Positions 15,288 to 19,669 of a DNA stretch of 19,669 nt are shown here, piece by piece. Both the position numbers and the translations under genes were made by a program. The notes beneath the pieces are model-generated. The model saw only the letters and a program-made list of their open reading frames with translations. It made no database searches and was not told where the DNA came from. This DNA comes from Candidatus Micrarchaeota archaeon (GTDB taxonomy: Archaea; Micrarchaeota; Micrarchaeia; Anstonellales; Bilamarchaeaceae): contig JAGVWJ010000037.1 of NCBI GenBank assembly GCA_018304385.1, positions 1 to 19,669 of the forward strand, given 5' to 3'. Position 1 is the first letter of the stretch, and each line of letters begins with the position of its first letter.

Positions 15288-16655
15288 TCATTCTTTCAAC
15301 ACATAATAAACTCCTTTATATGATCCTATCTTTTTCAGATAGCTGAACTTCATCATTTCGTTTATTTCTCTTGTGGCAGTGGCGAGAGAAACTTTATTTA
15401 ATTTCACATACATTTTTGTTTTAATAGATTTATTTTTCTTCAAAAATTCTATTGCAATCAACTGTCTTTCATTCAAATCTTTATGAGATTTAATTGGCTT
15501 AAGCTCACTTTTTGCATTTCTTAATATTACCCTGAAAAATGCTTCATAAATCCCAAACTCTGGATCGCGCAAACCATAACTCCTCATTTCGTTAATCATT
15601 CTTGGAATGCCTGATCCTAATCCTTCCACGTAACCATAATCTCTGAGTATCCGATAAGTTAGTGGATTTCTCTGAACTGAAATTGTCCCAAATAGTTCCC
15701 TCGGCAATGCCTGAGGCAAAGAGCCAGGGTTTGTTATTTCGATTCTATCCTCAAAGACATAAATCTGAATCGCATCCTTGCTAAAGTAATCTCTGTGAGC
15801 TATTGCATTTACTATTGCTTCTCTTATTACATCAATTGGGTAATAATATCTTTCTTCTCTTTTTAACTCATTTTCAATCTCAATGCTTTTTGGAATATTT
15901 GCTTTTATAAATGCCATAGATCGATCTATGGATTCTATTAAATCTGCTTGCACTAATTCATGTGATACAATTTTTACCTGTTCGGATCCTTCAAATCTCA
16001 CAAGCTTTATTTCCATTTGCGGATTGAATAAAATAGGATCCTTTGCAAAGAACAAAGTCGCAGCATTTTTTACTTTTATTTCCCCATTTCTGCTTGCAAG
16101 TTGAATACTGACCAGAAAATCTTCTACAGAATGGGTTTCTAGAAAATCGTTCTGTTTTCTCAAACTCAAATAACGTTTTATTTTTGTAGTATCCAAATCA
16201 TCCATTTTTGCACTGCTTGGCGTTTCATCAAAACATAAAAATTGTTTTGCCCTGAGAAAATCAACCATCTGGTTTCCTTCTATTCTTTTCAATGTACTGC
16301 CTACTTTGACGTAAATTACACCTTGAAAAGTATGGAATGTATTGATCATTGCCTTTTGTACGGTTATGACTATTATTTTCTTATCCTGTAAGCTTAACAC
16401 TTCTATTTTTGGCACAAGCGGTGGCGAAATCGCTTGAGCTGCTGCTGAAATTTTTTGTTGAAGAACATCCGCATCTTCTTCGATTCCAACGATTTCTTTT
16501 TTTGCGTTCACACCAATAACAACTATTCCGCCATAGGTATTCGCCAAAGCGCACATAATTTTTGAAAATTCTTGGGAACTATGAAATGATTGCTTAAGCT
16601 CTACTTCTTGGGTTTCTCCACTCTCAATTATTTTTAATATTTGTTCTTTCTCCAT
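15288..16655 (-). CDS. AlbA_2 (Schlafen-like) domain + RecG C-terminal (HATPase_c_4-like) + HTH protein
   Basis: GETQEVELK, CALANTYGGIVVIGV (AlbA_2); IREAIVNAIAHRDY, IEITNPGSLP, RNPL, VEGLGSGIPRM (RecG_C); LNERQ...TATREINEM (wHTH). Confidence 0.85.
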   Translation of the reverse strand: MEKEQILKIIESGETQEVELKQSFHSSQEFSKIMCALANTYGGIVVIGVNAKKEIVGIEEDADVLQQKISAAAQAISPPLVPKIEVLSLQDKKIIVITVQKAMINTFHTFQGVIYVKVGSTLKRIEGNQMVDFLRAKQFLCFDETPSSAKMDDLDTTKIKRYLSLRKQNDFLETHSVEDFLVSIQLASRNGEIKVKNAATLFFAKDPILFNPQMEIKLVRFEGSEQVKIVSHELVQADLIESIDRSMAFIKANIPKSIEIENELKREERYYYPIDVIREAIVNAIAHRDYFSKDAIQIYVFEDRIEITNPGSLPQALPRELFGTISVQRNPLTYRILRDYGYVEGLGSGIPRMINEMRSYGLRDPEFGIYEAFFRVILRNAKSELKPIKSHKDLNERQLIAIEFLKKNKSIKTKMYVKLNKVSLATATREINEMMKFSYLKKIGSYKGVYYVLKE

Positions 16656-16668
16656 ATAATCACGCTTC

Positions 16669-16805
16669 TGATTAGTAATGAATAGTAATGAGTAGTATTT
16701 AAAATACTTGACTTTTTACTAATTTTTGATGAATTCTAACGACGAAAAGTTGTATTGATACAAAGTGAATAGTATTGAGTAGTAAAAAATAGCAATGAAT
16801 AGTAT
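16669..16805. repeat. Two arrays of TGARTAGTAW decamers upstream of the AlbA_2 gene
   Basis: TGATTAGTAA TGAATAGTAA TGAGTAGTAT (16669-16698) and TGAATAGTAT TGAGTAGTAA AAAATAGCAA TGAATAGTAT (16766-16805). Confidence 0.8.
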
Positions 16806-16826
16806 TTGAATTCAAGAAACGAAATG

Positions 16827-18581
16827 CTAATCCTCCAACGTCGATATATCGCCTTCCGGCAATCCTAGTTCGCGTGCGCGCAACAAACGCCGCATTATCT
16901 TACCGCTTCTTGTTTTTGGAAGTTTATCAACAAATGCAATCTCTCTTGGATACGCATGCGCAGCTAAGTGCTGCTTAACAAATTTCTTAATATCTTCCTC
17001 AAGCTCTGGATTTGGAGTATAACCAGCACGCAATGCAACGAATGCTTTGATAATTTCACCACGCAATTCATCTGGCTTTCCAATTACGCCTGCCTCTGCA
17101 ATTGCTGGATGTTCAACAAGCACGCTTTCTACTTCAAACGGACCAACACGCTCGCCAGATGTTTTAATTACATCATCTGCCCTTCCAATATACCAAAAAT
17201 ATCCATCCTCATCCTTGCGTGCGCGATCTCCTGTTATGTACCAGCCATTGTTGAATAGTTTTTTATATCGTTCTTCATCTCCCCAAAGCGTGCGCAGCAT
17301 GCTTGGCCAACCTGGTTTAATTGCTAAATGACCTTCTGTATTTGTTGGTAGCTCCTGACCAGTATCATCAACAACAGCTGCAACAATGCCAGGAAATGGT
17401 TTGCCCATTGAACCAAGCTTAATTGGCATACAAGGATAATTAGAAATTAACATGCTTCCAGTTTCTGTTTGCCACCATGTATCGTGAAATGGAAGATTAA
17501 ATACTTTTAGCCCCCAGCGAATGCCTTCTGGATTTAGTGGTTCGCCAACGCTATAAATATGACGAAGGTGCGAAAGATTATATTTTTTTGTAATTTCTTC
17601 GCCTGCCTTCATAAGCATTCTTATTGCAGTTGGTGCGGTATACCAAAGCGTAACCTCATGGCGCTCCAGCGCAGAGTACCAACCTTCTGGATCAAATCTT
17701 CCTTCGTATAATAATACTGTTGCACCGTTCGAAAGCGGACCAAGAATTCCGTATGAGATTCCTGTAACCCAACCATGGTCTGCTGTGCACCAATAAATAT
17801 CTTCTGGATGAATATCATGAATTAATTTATGTGTATAATGCTGCTGCAAAACAGCCATGTGCGCATGAACTACGCCTTTTGATTTTCCTGTGCTACCTGA
17901 AGTATAAAGCAAAAATGCATGATCCTCTGGATGCGTTTTTTCTATTTCAAATTCTTTTGATGCTTCTTTCATTTCTTCATTGTAATCAATAGTTATTGGC
18001 ATTGCTGACTGGCCTTCTATTTTTTGAATCGGTTCATTGTTTACTAATATAATATAAGTAAGATCAGGAAGCTTGTCTTTTATCTTATCAATTCTTTGTT
18101 TTAAATCTGGCGTAGTTACAACTGCCTTTGCCTTGCTATTGCCCAATCTATCAAGCAATGCCTCTTCTCCAAATGCTGAGAATAGCGTGCTAGCAATTGC
18201 GCCAACTTTTAATGTGCCTAAAAATGAGGCATAAACTGCAGGAATCCTTGGTAAGAATAAAAAAACCCGTTCGCCTTTTACAATTCCAAGTTTCTTTAGT
18301 ACATTTGCAAATTTATTCGTCATGTGTTTGAGGTCTAAATAGGTATACTTATCTATTTTGCCGTTTGCTGCTTCATAGATTAATGCAACTTTATTTTTAT
18401 TGTGGTTCTTTGCATGGCGGTCTACTGCATTATAAGCAGCATTTAATTCACCGTTATCAAACCATTCTATTTCATTATGTACATTCTTCCAATCAAAGTT
18501 TTTGTATAAAGCTTCATAATCTTTTAGATTGGGTTGTAATACGAATTTGGTTTGATCTTTTGTTACTATTTCTGTCTGCAT
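16827..18581 (-). CDS. acsA: Acetyl-CoA synthetase (AMP-forming), Bacillus AcsA-like
   Basis: YTSGSTGKSKGV, YWCTADHGWVTG, SVGEPLNPE, DTWWQTETG, GRADDVIKTSG, LPKTRSGKIMRR...GDISTLED. ATG 18581 preferred (SD AGAGGAG 8 nt upstream). Confidence 0.93.
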   Translation of the reverse strand: MQTEIVTKDQTKFVLQPNLKDYEALYKNFDWKNVHNEIEWFDNGELNAAYNAVDRHAKNHNKNKVALIYEAANGKIDKYTYLDLKHMTNKFANVLKKLGIVKGERVFLFLPRIPAVYASFLGTLKVGAIASTLFSAFGEEALLDRLGNSKAKAVVTTPDLKQRIDKIKDKLPDLTYIILVNNEPIQKIEGQSAMPITIDYNEEMKEASKEFEIEKTHPEDHAFLLYTSGSTGKSKGVVHAHMAVLQQHYTHKLIHDIHPEDIYWCTADHGWVTGISYGILGPLSNGATVLLYEGRFDPEGWYSALERHEVTLWYTAPTAIRMLMKAGEEITKKYNLSHLRHIYSVGEPLNPEGIRWGLKVFNLPFHDTWWQTETGSMLISNYPCMPIKLGSMGKPFPGIVAAVVDDTGQELPTNTEGHLAIKPGWPSMLRTLWGDEERYKKLFNNGWYITGDRARKDEDGYFWYIGRADDVIKTSGERVGPFEVESVLVEHPAIAEAGVIGKPDELRGEIIKAFVALRAGYTPNPELEEDIKKFVKQHLAAHAYPREIAFVDKLPKTRSGKIMRRLLRARELGLPEGDISTLED

Positions 18582-18709
18582 AATTTCCACTCCTCTGACA
18601 TTAACAATTAGATTAGTAGTTTGATGTGGAAGAATGATAATAGAAAGGTATAAAAGCGTTTTATTTTTGAGGTATGGACAATGGTCGAAACGTTTATCCT
18701 AGCAGAACG

Positions 18710-18740
18710 TTTTTATACTCTTGCTAACACAATTAAGGGT
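18710..18740 (+). promoter_or_regulatory. Leaderless-type promoter with CACAATT-N6-ATG element
   Basis: TTTTTATA at 18710-18717 (-31..-24), CACAATT at 18728-18734, ATG at 18741. Confidence 0.6.
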
Positions 18741-19669
18741 ATGACAAGAAGACTAGCAATGAGCAGTGGGCAGGTAGCCAGCAGCCAACTTCCAATAGCT
18801 AAAGACCGACTGCCATTAACTGATCACTTCGATAAAAAAGCAGAATTCAAACGATGGCTAGCGTTATTCTTCATTGAAAGAGGAAAATATAAGATTACTG
18901 AGAAAGGATATGCTGAACTTGCGCCACAATTAGTGAGACAAGATACTCATTTTGGAGAGGACAACGCTGCAAAAGAAAGAAGCACAAAAAGAGAAATAGC
19001 AAGACCATTAACAAGAAAAGAAATAAAAGAAGCAGTAGCAGCAAAAGTAGAAGCACTGTGCAGAGAAGGGAAGAGTGAGGGATTACTTGATGAAGGACAT
19101 CTAGCTTATAAAGCAGATTGGAAAGAAAAGGGAACTAGAGTTACCGTAATAAAAAAACTCTTAGAATTTTTAGGTGCTAGTCCTGCTAAACTTGATGAAT
19201 TAAGAAAAGAATTAAATGAACTTATTCTAAAAGCTGCAAGAGAAGAAAAAACTGATGCAAAAAGAATGCAAGAGGTTTTAGATGAGATACGAAGAAATTT
19301 TGAAAGAATTAGGAGAATAACTGCAGATGATTTTAATAATGTCAGTCTAGGAGGAGGACTCTTGAGTAAGTATTATAATTCTTCTATATATCTAGCATTA
19401 GTAGAAGCAGGCTATGCTTATTCTGAAGATGAGCTAAGAAAAGATGCTAGAACAGGGCAGTTTAGAACTGATAAGCTCTATCCTTGGGAGATGACCCGAA
19501 TTGGAAATTGGGTAGATAAAGAAAACAGAATAGCTGCTATAAAGTGGTTAGTTTGGAAAACAAAGAAAGATCCTAGAGAGATAACTAAAGATGATTTTAG
19601 ATCTAGTGGGTTAGAAGGTTTAGTAGCTGGACGATATAAAGGCTCTAATTATAAGGTTTTAGTAGAAGC
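18741..19669 (+). CDS. Repeat protein paralog 3 (3' end beyond right edge)
   Basis: Not in the ORF track. Hand translation is open to the edge: MTRRLAMSSGQVASSQLP...AEFKRWLALFFIERGKYKIT...DDFNNVSLGGGLL...YLALVEAGYAYSEDE...FRTDKLYPWEMTRIGNWVDKENRIAAIKWLVWK. Confidence 0.88.
   Translation, partial: MTRRLAMSSGQVASSQLPIAKDRLPLTDHFDKKAEFKRWLALFFIERGKYKITEKGYAELAPQLVRQDTHFGEDNAAKERSTKREIARPLTRKEIKEAVAAKVEALCREGKSEGLLDEGHLAYKADWKEKGTRVTVIKKLLEFLGASPAKLDELRKELNELILKAAREEKTDAKRMQEVLDEIRRNFERIRRITADDFNNVSLGGGLLSKYYNSSIYLALVEAGYAYSEDELRKDARTGQFRTDKLYPWEMTRIGNWVDKENRIAAIKWLVWKTKKDPREITKDDFRSSGLEGLVAGRYKGSNYKVLVE
18754..18823 (+). repeat. Degenerate heptamer array, 10 units, no hairpin insert
   Basis: TAGCAAT GAGCAGT GGGCAGG TAGCCAG CAGCCAA CTTCCAA TAGCTAA AGACCGA CTGCCAT TAACTGA. 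Confidence 0.7.

Noticed and set aside
16669-16805. CRISPR array
   Set aside because: Units are 10 nt, adjacent and spacer-less; no cas genes.
1115-18583. Antisense and shadow ORFs in the track (e.g. 1115-1327, 2537-2803, 2936-3307, 4220-4726, 5573-5779, 6519-6719, 11448-11888, 13816-14163, 16968-17331)
   Set aside because: They lie opposite or inside well-supported genes and show no recognisable motifs.
1-19669. tRNA/rRNA genes, transposases, integrases
   Set aside because: None recognised; the intergenic gaps are short and show no cloverleaf or recombinase motifs.

Overview
AT-rich archaeal window. TATA boxes sit at about -31..-24 from several ATGs (leaderless-type starts), operon-internal genes have GGTGA/GAGG Shine-Dalgarno sites, asd is archaeal-type and an archaemetzincin-like protease is present. 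A DPANN lineage such as Micrarchaeota is my inference, not a database result. Housekeeping content: ERG8-type phosphomevalonate kinase (truncated by the left edge), diphosphomevalonate decarboxylase, a tightly coupled 7-gene diaminopimelate/lysine operon (dapA-dapB-lysC-asd-aminotransferase-lysA-like-dapD, no dapE/dapF in the window), an AlbA_2/Schlafen-RecG_C-HTH protein and an AcsA-type acetyl-CoA synthetase. Accessory content: hicBA, a lipoprotein-like gene, a stand-alone FwdC/GXGXG beta-helix gene and three paralogs of an uncharacterised ~87-94 aa repeat protein (YPWEMxR...RIAAxKWLxWK...DDFNNNGLGGLL...SPYLALVEAGYAYS): one intact, one frameshifted, one cut by the right edge. The most unusual signal is a shared 5' cassette (TATA-CACAATT-N6-ATG-M(T)RR-degenerate heptamer array) on non-homologous genes, plus small hairpin elements (CSCATTGTT-Nx-AACAATYGSG and relatives) lying in frame inside coding sequences. 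All alignments and counts were done by hand.
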